Part shown: in pieces, positions 45,707 through 53,885 of the stretch
Numbering within the stretch: position 1 is the stretch's first letter
Layout of the letters: the number at the start of each line of letters is the position of its first letter
Assembly: GCA_964503885.1 (NCBI GenBank)
Contig: CAZDCD010000010.1
Span: 83,435 to 147,434 of the forward strand
DNA from: an uncultured Bacteroidales bacterium
Lineage (GTDB): Bacteria; Bacteroidota; Bacteroidia; Bacteroidales; UBA10428
Length of the DNA stretch: 64,000 nt
Reading direction: 5' to 3'
Translations under genes and position numbers: made by a program
Notes under the pieces: generated by a model
Seen by the model: the letters and a program-made list of their open reading frames with translations, nothing else
Databases searched by the model: none
What the model was told of the DNA's origin: nothing

Positions 45707-47110
45707 TTATTCGATGATCAGTTTATCGGTGAACGTTATATCCTCATCATTGAACACTACAATATACAAACCCTTTGATAGTTCAGGTCTAATGGTCAGG
45801 CTGTTTGATACGAACTTTGCCTTATCCCGGAAAACGACCTGACCAAGAGCATTCATTATTCTGATCATAGCCGAACCTGAATGAACCAGTTGATGATCGA
45901 GCTCGATGGTGACCATTCCTTCCTGCAACGGGTTCGGAAATATTGAGATTTTATGGGAAGCATATTTCTCAATACCAGTTGTCACATCGGGTTTCCAGAA
46001 ATTTCCGGACATGGTGAACAGATACAGGGTTCGTGTACACAGATTAAACCAGTATGTTTCGGGCAGGTTGTTCATTTCTGTCGCAAAACTATTGGCCACT
46101 GTCTGGTCATTGCACATGGCCGCCACTGCAAAACCTCCGACAAATGAGCTGTTATGATAACCATCATTGTGCTCGGTTCCGTCAAGGTTATACCCGTCTC
46201 TTATATTGGCAGCTCCGATACCAAATGCCCAATTGGATACTATTGTACACCAGGTCCCGGCCTGTATATTTCCGTTCCATAAATAATCCAATGCTATTCT
46301 CCAGGGTACGCGGCATGCATCATACCTGTAATATGCCGTATTTGTTGCAGGTATTCCTCCGGGAATCCCGCTTACCGATTGCCAGTCAGGTACCAGTCCG
46401 GTAGTTGCATAAGCTGAATTGTTAAGGATCGTATAGGTATCATCAGCAAGTTTATTCCATGAATCGTCATTCATAACCTCGGCAAATACCCTGAAGAATG
46501 CGGGGGTATAATATTGGATATCAGTAAGATTACATCCTCCCCAAATGCCTCCTATTGTTGACTTATAGCCCGGAGCCAGCGCGGTCAGATCACTGCATGT
46601 AATCATTACACTGCTTTTTATGGTTTGGATGACATTTCTGGCTTCCTCCAGATAGTTCTCTCCCCATTGTTCATGAGCCACGATAAGTGCAAAAGCAACA
46701 TCGATATCCCCGTCAGTGGCGCTGCCCGGATCAAGAAGATCGTCACAGGTGACACTCCATGCCATCATATTATTGGCTATGGCTGTGCGTTTTCTCTTAT
46801 AGAAATTATAAAGGCCGTCAAACTTTGTTTTGTCTCCACGGTAGGCAGCTAAAAGCGTTCCAAAACCAATGGCTTCGACTTTAGTTTCTTCATTATTTTC
46901 TGTCACTATTACCCGGTATCCGCTATCGCAACTAACAACCAGCGTATTATTCCAGCTGTCGTAATTCGTTGATGCAATATTTGCAGTCAATGTGGTTGGT
47001 TTATAACCGTAAGAGTAGTTGATATTCTGCGGAAACGGCCTGGAAGCCTGTCCTAAAATCTGGAATATCAGGCATACTGCTATAATTACAGAGAGAATAA
47101 TTCTTTTCAT
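45707..47110 (-). CDS. GH8 glycoside hydrolase with T9SS type-A C-terminal sorting domain
   Basis: ATG at 47110 gives MKRIILSVIIAVCLIFQILG. ATDGDIDVAFALIVAHEQWG and DACRVPWRIALDYLW are GH8 blocks. The tail ISIFPNPLQEGMVTIELD...GLYIVVFNDEDITFTDKLIIE is a Por/type-A CTD. Confidence 0.75.
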   Translation of the reverse strand: MKRIILSVIIAVCLIFQILGQASRPFPQNINYSYGYKPTTLTANIASTNYDSWNNTLVVSCDSGYRVIVTENNEETKVEAIGFGTLLAAYRGDKTKFDGLYNFYKRKRTAIANNMMAWSVTCDDLLDPGSATDGDIDVAFALIVAHEQWGENYLEEARNVIQTIKSSVMITCSDLTALAPGYKSTIGGIWGGCNLTDIQYYTPAFFRVFAEVMNDDSWNKLADDTYTILNNSAYATTGLVPDWQSVSGIPGGIPATNTAYYRYDACRVPWRIALDYLWNGNIQAGTWCTIVSNWAFGIGAANIRDGYNLDGTEHNDGYHNSSFVGGFAVAAMCNDQTVANSFATEMNNLPETYWFNLCTRTLYLFTMSGNFWKPDVTTGIEKYASHKISIFPNPLQEGMVTIELDHQLVHSGSAMIRIMNALGQVVFRDKAKFVSNSLTIRPELSKGLYIVVFNDEDITFTDKLIIE

Positions 47111-47293
47111 AGAATTGGGGTTTTGAGTGTACTTTAATTCCTGATTAAAAAACAGTGTATTGAGTTGTAATGATTCATACTTCAAGCTGTTCATTACCCT
47201 TATTATTTTCAGCGTTAAAAAACCATTAAATGAAGGCTTAAAAAAAGCACTACACTCAGATGGCATTCAGGGCATAAATATATTAAGAAAATT

Positions 47294-48928
47294 CTATCCC
47301 GGGAATCTTTCCCAAAAAACAAACCCTTTTTTTTCATAAAGAAGTTTCAGTTGCGGATATTTTTTTTGTATGGCATCTTTATCGGTGATCTTGCTGGAAA
47401 AATAGGCTTTTTTATCAATAGGTCCGGTCAACAACCATTCCCTGCTGTATGCCTGTTCATCCTCCAAGGGTTTTTTATCACCATAGAACAGGTGCGCATA
47501 GCTTTTATACCCGAGCGTCTCGATATAAGCATCCTCATTACTGTGTGATCTGAAAAACTCAATGGCCGGGCGTTGCGAATAGGCTTCAATCCTTGGAGTA
47601 AAAACAATCAGGGTGGAATAGATAAATAAAATGCTGGCGCCAAAGAGAACACAGGTAGATAAAAAGATTTTTCGCCGCCGCGACAGGAAGATGAACCCGG
47701 TGAGGCCGGTGAGCAGGAACAATACGGTGATTGACTCGAACCCTGTCCAGTGTATACCGGCTGTCAGGGCAGCAACAGCAAATTTATCCCTGATGATGCC
47801 CGATCCGATGATTTCACTGGTATATATCCCAAGGAGCGGGATAGAAATAACAGCAAACGCAATGAAAATGCCTGTAACCGTTGTGGTCCATCTGATCCAT
47901 ACCGGAAATCTTTTATTTGTCACGCACTGGTAAATAGCTGTAGAAGCCAGGTAAGTCAGCGGAAAATAGCATAAGGACGAATAATGAACAATTTTGGTTT
48001 TAACAACGGTGAACAGTATGAGAACCGTCCAGAACAAAATGAGCATCCATTTTCTGAATCCAGCCTGTTCCCCAGTGTCGTTCCTGTTCCGCCTGAAACC
48101 GTTCAGGGCAAAAACCGATGCCGGGTATACGCCGAAAAACAGGATCAGGAAATGATAGAACAGAAACCCTCCGTGACCTGCATCTTCGGTCCGGAATAAT
48201 CTCACCTGGTAGAGGATAAATTCTTTTACCGTATCCGCATTTCCTCTTAAGAGCTGCAAAATAAACCAGAATCCTCCGGTAACAAACAGTACCACAAGGA
48301 ATAGCAGAATATGGCCACCAGAAATTTTAAGTCGTTGGCGATTTAGTATCCTGAATATCCCTGCGGCTAAAAAAAATATGAGTAGCGCAACCGGACCTTT
48401 TGTCAGTATTCCCAACCCGATAAATGCTGCCGATAACAGCAATAAAAGAATGCGCCTGTCGCGGGTATACCGGATAAAACAATAAATTCCAGAGAAAATG
48501 AATAAGTTGAACCACGGATCGATTATGCCCGATTTATAATAAAGGAACGGTAGAATACTTCCGGCATACGCCAGCACCCAAATCAGACCGAATTTTTCAT
48601 CATAAAGTGTTCTCCCTATATGGAACAACAGAGGAAGCGTTACCATACCGCAGACGGCATTAGGGAACCGGGCGGCAAATTCATTGATCCCGAATAATTT
48701 CATGGACAATACCTGAAACCAGATGAACAACGGCGGTTTTTCCCAGAACGGATGAAAATTAATGCTGACTGAAAGGAAATTGTTTGTGATGATCATTTCA
48801 CGGGCCGATTCTGCAAAATTGATCTCATCCCAGTCGAACAGATGAACGCCGCCGAGAAATGGAATGAACAACGTGCCGGCGAAAACCACCAATAGTAAAT
48901 GAATCGTTATGTTTCGGTGGTTACCCAT
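47294..48928 (-). CDS. ArnT/PMT_2-like (GT39/GT83-type) polyprenyl-phosphate-sugar-dependent glycosyltransferase, polytopic membrane protein
   Basis: 544 aa with ~12 TM segments. The first-loop motif FDWDEINFAESAREM is characteristic of this superfamily. Confidence 0.7.
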   Translation of the reverse strand: MGNHRNITIHLLLVVFAGTLFIPFLGGVHLFDWDEINFAESAREMIITNNFLSVSINFHPFWEKPPLFIWFQVLSMKLFGINEFAARFPNAVCGMVTLPLLFHIGRTLYDEKFGLIWVLAYAGSILPFLYYKSGIIDPWFNLFIFSGIYCFIRYTRDRRILLLLLSAAFIGLGILTKGPVALLIFFLAAGIFRILNRQRLKISGGHILLFLVVLFVTGGFWFILQLLRGNADTVKEFILYQVRLFRTEDAGHGGFLFYHFLILFFGVYPASVFALNGFRRNRNDTGEQAGFRKWMLILFWTVLILFTVVKTKIVHYSSLCYFPLTYLASTAIYQCVTNKRFPVWIRWTTTVTGIFIAFAVISIPLLGIYTSEIIGSGIIRDKFAVAALTAGIHWTGFESITVLFLLTGLTGFIFLSRRRKIFLSTCVLFGASILFIYSTLIVFTPRIEAYSQRPAIEFFRSHSNEDAYIETLGYKSYAHLFYGDKKPLEDEQAYSREWLLTGPIDKKAYFSSKITDKDAIQKKYPQLKLLYEKKGFVFWERFPG

Positions 48929-49595
48929 TTCTTTTTCGTTTTAGCAATGCATCCGGTATTTTAGAAAGCCAGCTTACAGAAGAAAGAAAAACAGGTTCAT
49001 ACAATAACAAGGATGTGATGACGCCGATGAGAGAGCCGGTAAAGGCATCAGCAAGAAAATGCTGCGAAAGATATACTCTTGACCATGCAACAAGGATTGC
49101 TCCGATCAGACACGCGAATTTCAGGATATTCTTCTCAGAAAAAAAAGCCAGACATAAAAACATGGCAAATGCCGTGGCTGAATGCCCCGAAGGAAAGGAA
49201 TGGTAATAATGCATCTGAACTCCATCAATAAGATGCAGCTCATGAATTCCCTGAAAATATTTTACCGGTCTGACGATACCGGGAAAGATTACCATTTTTA
49301 AAACCTGAACGGCAATGCCTGATATTATATAAGTGCTGACGAGGTATACACCTTTTCTGACCGATCTGAAAAAGAAAAGTAATGCAACGGCAACAGCAAA
49401 AAGGCCGCCCCCCATATTCGTGATACCCCTGAAAAGAATATCGGTAGATTTCGTATGGTATTGGTTGATCAGGAGATGAAGATTACCCTTTGAAGTTGTG
49501 ACCAGCAGGAAGATAACCGGCACTATTGCTATGCAGTAAGGGATGAAGAACCACCCGTTTTTAGCGATCACCTTTTTTAGTTGAAGTACCGTCAT
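48921..49595 (-). CDS. PAP2-family membrane phosphatase (lipid phosphate / lipid A phosphatase-like)
   Basis: SFPSGHSATAF and SRVYLSQHFLADAFTGSLIG are the PSGH and SRx5Hx3D PAP2 motifs. It overlaps the ArnT-like start by 8 nt. Confidence 0.8.
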   Translation of the reverse strand: MTVLQLKKVIAKNGWFFIPYCIAIVPVIFLLVTTSKGNLHLLINQYHTKSTDILFRGITNMGGGLFAVAVALLFFFRSVRKGVYLVSTYIISGIAVQVLKMVIFPGIVRPVKYFQGIHELHLIDGVQMHYYHSFPSGHSATAFAMFLCLAFFSEKNILKFACLIGAILVAWSRVYLSQHFLADAFTGSLIGVITSLLLYEPVFLSSVSWLSKIPDALLKRKRNG

Positions 49596-49796
49596 GTGGA
49601 TAACACAAGTTTCAGTATTCAAAGAAAAGAAATTTTAGCGATTGATTGAACGCATGCATCCGATAATTTATCATGCATTACCTTAACGACAATAAACAAC
49701 AAGGATGATGAAGATATTGAAAACTTAAAAATTGAATCGTACAGCAAAATAGAATCCAGCAATGTATCTTACCCCCTAAATTACCTAATCTCCTTC

Positions 49797-50489
49797 CTAT
49801 TCCCCGTCATCCGCCATGTCGAGGTAATCATCATCGAAGGTGGAAAGTTCGTTATCGGATTCAAAATAAAATATGCGTATCCGGGCTACATCCCTGAGAA
49901 AATCGATCCGCCCGATCTCTACCCGGTTAATGTTTATGCCCGTCCGTTCTTTAAGGTCTTTCATCAGCTCTTCTCTTCTTTCCGGCCTGATCAGCTCAAT
50001 CTTCTCGTAGTTTATAGTTTTTCGCGATTCATGTTTAAGCAGGAATACCCGCTCAAGCAGATAGGTCAGTGCGATGAGTGAGATATTCGTGAATACAAGT
50101 TCGGCATAACTTACTTTTTTATTTGCCAGCGCATTGATAACCGATATTCCGATCACGATAAAAAGGTAGGTCATTTCTTTGATGGGGATGGGATTGGTCC
50201 GGTACCGCAGGATGCCAAATACGGCAAATAATCCCAATGCAAAACCCAGTTCAAGCTTTACATTTTCAAGCAGATAACACAGCAGGAATACGATAATGGA
50301 GATCAGCATGTATGTAAACAGATAATCCTTGCGCCTTGCTATCGGATAGTATAAATACCTGATTATTATTACAACTACGATAAGGTTAAAACTAAATCTC
50401 ACCAGCAACTCAAGAAAATCTGAAGGATTGATCAGTTTGATACCTAAAAACTCAGGGAGTTTGCTCTCCAGGTCGACTATTTGAAGCAT
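49797..50489 (-). CDS. DUF4956-family integral membrane protein
   Basis: 230 aa with an N-terminal block of TM helices and a charged C-terminal domain (RKTINYEKIELIRPERREELMKDLKERTG...). It is paired with a VTC-domain gene, as I recall is typical for DUF4956. Confidence 0.6.
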   Translation of the reverse strand: MLQIVDLESKLPEFLGIKLINPSDFLELLVRFSFNLIVVVIIIRYLYYPIARRKDYLFTYMLISIIVFLLCYLLENVKLELGFALGLFAVFGILRYRTNPIPIKEMTYLFIVIGISVINALANKKVSYAELVFTNISLIALTYLLERVFLLKHESRKTINYEKIELIRPERREELMKDLKERTGININRVEIGRIDFLRDVARIRIFYFESDNELSTFDDDYLDMADDGE

Positions 50490-51234
50490 CTAATTTATTG
50501 ATTATTAGTAATTTCTTTTTAAACTGGTTGTATTTAATATCATCGTCTGTAAGTACACGGCCAATACAGTATTTGCTCATGCTGTTGGATTGAATACCCA
50601 ATGCACCAAGTACTTCCATGAATTTTGAACCTTTACTGCCGTTCAGGCCTTTTTTGATCTCGGCGATGGCAATATTGGGCAGGTCTCTGCTTTTTTTGTG
50701 ATTCTCGAATTTCAAGTTAAAATCAATAGTCACTCTTTCGGTCATTCCTTTATTGACAAGGGTAATACGCTGAAAAGATGTGTACATTTTGGGTTCTAGC
50801 CTGGAAATTTCGTCCGGCAGATGTTTTTTGAGGAATTCCAGCGAATCGTCTGATAATTGGGTTTCCACACCCTCTTTTTTTATCCGGTTTTTTATTGTCC
50901 TTCCGTTTTTTGTTTTAAACTTGATCTCCAGGAACGACAGGTTCGAATCTTCATATGTCCTGAAACGGATCTTATACCGTTTCAATTTGCCGTTGTGATG
51001 ATCGAGGTACATCTGGTTTTTGTCCGTATCAAAATAAAGCGAGCGGTATGAGAATATCCTGTCTTTTCCGATTTGCAGGACCTTGTAATATTCACAGGCA
51101 TTACTGAGAATTTCCGGAAGCAAAGGACTGCCAAAAACAAATTTGTGATCAATCCTGTCAAGCAGGCTCACATTGTCTGTTTCCTTTAATGAAACAGGAT
51201 CAAATCCGGTCAGTAATGCTAGTATCTCATTCAT
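50452..51234 (-). CDS. VTC-domain (polyphosphate-polymerase-like, CYTH/triphosphate-tunnel fold) protein
   Basis: HKFVF, YRSLYFDT, KRYKIRFRTYEDSNLSFLEIKFKTKNGRTIKNRI. Alternating basic residues on beta-strands fit the VTC tunnel pattern. Confidence 0.65.
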   Translation of the reverse strand: MNEILALLTGFDPVSLKETDNVSLLDRIDHKFVFGSPLLPEILSNACEYYKVLQIGKDRIFSYRSLYFDTDKNQMYLDHHNGKLKRYKIRFRTYEDSNLSFLEIKFKTKNGRTIKNRIKKEGVETQLSDDSLEFLKKHLPDEISRLEPKMYTSFQRITLVNKGMTERVTIDFNLKFENHKKSRDLPNIAIAEIKKGLNGSKGSKFMEVLGALGIQSNSMSKYCIGRVLTDDDIKYNQFKKKLLIINKLDASNSRPGEQTP

Positions 51235-51656
51235 TCTTCGAGGCTCTTCTCTTTCATATCATAATTATATGATTTCCAGGAAATGAGTTTCCCTTTTTCG
51301 TTATACACTTTTTTTGAGGTCCTTAATTTGCCGTTATATTCATATACCGTTTTAGATACCGTTTTGCCGGAAGCATCGAGTTCTGTCTCCGTAGTCTTGT
51401 CGTTATTGCTGTTATAGGTCCACAACGTATGCTTCTTGATGGATTTATCAGATTCGTATTCGATCTCCTCAACCAGGTTTCCGTTATCGTCGAATTTTTC
51501 CAACGATTCAAGGTATTTGGTATTCGTACCTGTATGCCTCCAGGTTTCTTTGTTACTGACACCAAGCGATTTAAGAGTTTTCTCAGATTGGCCGTATGCA
51601 GGACCGCTTACCCAGCATAGAAATGCACACAAGAAGATCATATCTTGAATTTTCAT
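51231..51656 (-). CDS. Small secreted beta-hairpin-repeat protein (141 aa)
   Basis: Signal MKIQDMIFLCAFLCWVSGPAYGQ. Units such as EKFDDNGNLVEEIEYE, TVYEYNGKLRTSKKVYNEKGKLISWKSYNY. Its stop overlaps the VTC start as ATGA at 51231-51234. Confidence 0.6.
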   Translation of the reverse strand: MKIQDMIFLCAFLCWVSGPAYGQSEKTLKSLGVSNKETWRHTGTNTKYLESLEKFDDNGNLVEEIEYESDKSIKKHTLWTYNSNNDKTTETELDASGKTVSKTVYEYNGKLRTSKKVYNEKGKLISWKSYNYDMKEKSLEE

Positions 51657-51659
51657 CGG

Positions 51660-52385
51660 TTATTTCAATATTACTATTTCTCCCACGTCAATATCCTCAT
51701 AATCGTATTCAATGGTATCCGTAATGCTCATAGGGATCAGCTTTCGAGAAGTTTTATCGTCAGGATTCCTGGATAAGGCGTATACGGTATAAATACCCCT
51801 GACAAGATTTGAGAACCGAAAAGTACCGTCATGAAATGTTTTCACATCATCGAATGAATACGGATCATCACCATAAAGAATAAACACATCCTCATCAGCT
51901 CCGTAATAGTTTTCAATGATAGCAGTGCCTTCCGCGTTATAATCGAGTATATAGATCTTACCTGTTATACTTCCTGTCCCGTCGTCATAATCGCATTTTT
52001 CGATGATCTCAATATCCGCAAGGGTAACGGTGCTGTTATTACCAGGAATAGTTGTAAGTATGGTAGCAGGGTAAAGTCCCGATGCATTTTCACCTGTAGT
52101 ATCTATTGAATATACAAATATTTTGTAGTCTCCCTTACGCAGGTATTCAAACCTGAATGTACCGTCCCAGCTGGTTTCAAAATGATCGTTGTAAACCGGG
52201 CTATTACCATATACAATATACACATCGGTTCCGGGCTTATAATAGGTATTGAGTAAATGGGTAAACGAATTATCATAGACCTTTGAAAGCACTCTCCCGG
52301 TGATCACCGAATTTCCTCCTTCGCCTTCTTTTCCGCATGATAGAACCAGCAATGCTATTATAACAATAGACTCAATTTTTCTCAT
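51660..52385 (-). CDS. Lipoprotein with two tandem CarboxypepD_reg-like beta-sandwich domains
   Basis: ATG at 52385 gives MRKIESIVIIALLVLSC. Internal duplication: ITGRVLSK...WDGTFRFEYLRKGDYKIFVYS versus ITGKIYIL...HDGTFRFSNLVRGIYTVYALS. Confidence 0.6.
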   Translation of the reverse strand: MRKIESIVIIALLVLSCGKEGEGGNSVITGRVLSKVYDNSFTHLLNTYYKPGTDVYIVYGNSPVYNDHFETSWDGTFRFEYLRKGDYKIFVYSIDTTGENASGLYPATILTTIPGNNSTVTLADIEIIEKCDYDDGTGSITGKIYILDYNAEGTAIIENYYGADEDVFILYGDDPYSFDDVKTFHDGTFRFSNLVRGIYTVYALSRNPDDKTSRKLIPMSITDTIEYDYEDIDVGEIVILK

Positions 52386-52632
52386 TTGTTGTAAATTCCA
52401 GATCTGTGTTTTCAGGTTTTGCTGTAATAATAGGATATTCCTGTAAATATTGCACAAAGATATATTCAAAAATGTATTTTACTTAAAAAATAATCACACG
52501 CAACAATGAATACCTCTTTTATGGCAAACATTCACAAAACAGCATTGTTGGTTTCGATAAGGTATATTGCCAAATTGGTTTTTTTCAATTATACTTACAG
52601 ATACCAAATAAGTTTCATATTAAATGTGATAT

Positions 52633-52797
52633 ATGATGAAAAAATATAAATGCACGGTATGCGGATACGTTTATGATCCCGAAGAAGGTGATCCCGACGG
52701 AGGAATTCCTCCTGGAACTCCTTTTGAGGATATTCCTGATGACTGGATCTGCCCTGTCTGCGGAGTTTCCAAAGAAGATTTTGAAGAAACCGAATAA
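52633..52797 (+). CDS. Rubredoxin (54 aa), absent from the supplied ORF track
   Basis: Translation [54 protein letters not shown] with both CxxCG knuckles and the conserved aromatic core. Stop TAA at 52795-52797. Confidence 0.9.
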   Translation: MMKKYKCTVCGYVYDPEEGDPDGGIPPGTPFEDIPDDWICPVCGVSKEDFEETE

Positions 52798-52901
52798 AAA
52801 TATCCGATAGGAAGGCATAATTACCATAATACAAAATACTTGCGTTAAACAAAAACAACTGTTCTGTTGTTTGCCAGGAAGATGCATATAAATCGTTCTC
52901 T

Positions 52902-53498
52902 ATGACAAATGAAATTCAAACCCTCAGGCAATTGATCAGGGAAAGAAGATCGGTTTATCCGAAAGACTTTGAGCCGCGTAAACATATCAGTGATGAAACC
53001 ATCAGTACTATTCTCGAAAATGCAGTCTGGGCTCCGAATCACGGACTGAACCAACCGTGGTTCTTCAGGGTATTCGCCGGGGAAGGTGTTGCCTCTTTCT
53101 TTGAAAAAATGAAGGAAATATACCTTGAAATTACACCTGCAGAGCAGCAGAACGATAAGAAACTGCAAAAATACAGTCAAAAAGCAGAACAGGTATCGCA
53201 TATTGTTGCCGTTTGTATGAAACGTGATCCGGCAAAACGTTACCCCGAAATTGAGGATATTATTGCTACCGGGTGTGTGGTGCAGAATATCTATCTTCAG
53301 CTTAAACCTTTCGGTATTGCCGGTTACCTGAGCACAGGAGATATTTGTTACTCAAACCAGATCAGGAAATACCTTGAACTCGGGGAAGAAGAACGGTGCA
53401 TCGGACTCTTTCAGCTTGGTATTCCCGGTGCCGGCCTTAGGGTCCCCATGAGAAATAGAATTCCGGCAACCGAAAAAACAAGGTGGATCGGAAAATGA
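52902..53498 (+). CDS. Nitroreductase-family NAD(P)H-flavin oxidoreductase
   Basis: RRSVYPKDFEP...ISDETISTILENAVWAPNHGLNQPWFFRVF is the canonical nitroreductase N-terminal block. Confidence 0.8.
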   Translation: MTNEIQTLRQLIRERRSVYPKDFEPRKHISDETISTILENAVWAPNHGLNQPWFFRVFAGEGVASFFEKMKEIYLEITPAEQQNDKKLQKYSQKAEQVSHIVAVCMKRDPAKRYPEIEDIIATGCVVQNIYLQLKPFGIAGYLSTGDICYSNQIRKYLELGEEERCIGLFQLGIPGAGLRVPMRNRIPATEKTRWIGK

Positions 53499-53885
53499 GT
53501 ATTTACCGGAATGTGATGGATCGGAACAGCAATTCGGTAAATCCCGGTGTAATCAGAATTTAACCAGTTTCTGACTCCGCAGGATATCTGATCATATTTT
53601 TGAGAAAATACGGGTATTTTATTTTATTAACGCATACAGGATAACTATAATTTATTAAATGCTTTCCGCCTGGCCACATGCCTGCAGCCACTGCCGGAAC
53701 AAATGAAATTCTGTGAAGCGAAACGTCTTTCCGGATAAATGTTTCTTTGCGGCAGCCTTGCGCAGACGGGGAATGTGATCCTGTTATTCACAATATAAAG
53801 TTTAAAAGTTAAGGATGACTTCAGGGAATATATTGTCCCGATTTCTTACTTTTGCCGCTGAGATTAATTGTGCAAATACACATCC

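Noticed and set aside
52595-52887. 87- and 90-aa minus-strand ORFs in the track
   Set aside because: They overlap the unmistakable plus-strand rubredoxin gene and have no features of their own.
53655-53675. ZTP (pfl) riboswitch upstream of purL, suggested by TTCCGCCTGGCCA resembling the conserved CCGCCUGGGCA
   Set aside because: The upstream subdomain consensus (GGGUCGUGACUGGCG) is absent; the nearest match, CTGACTCCGCAGG, has the key GG replaced by CC. I could not draw the P3 stem.
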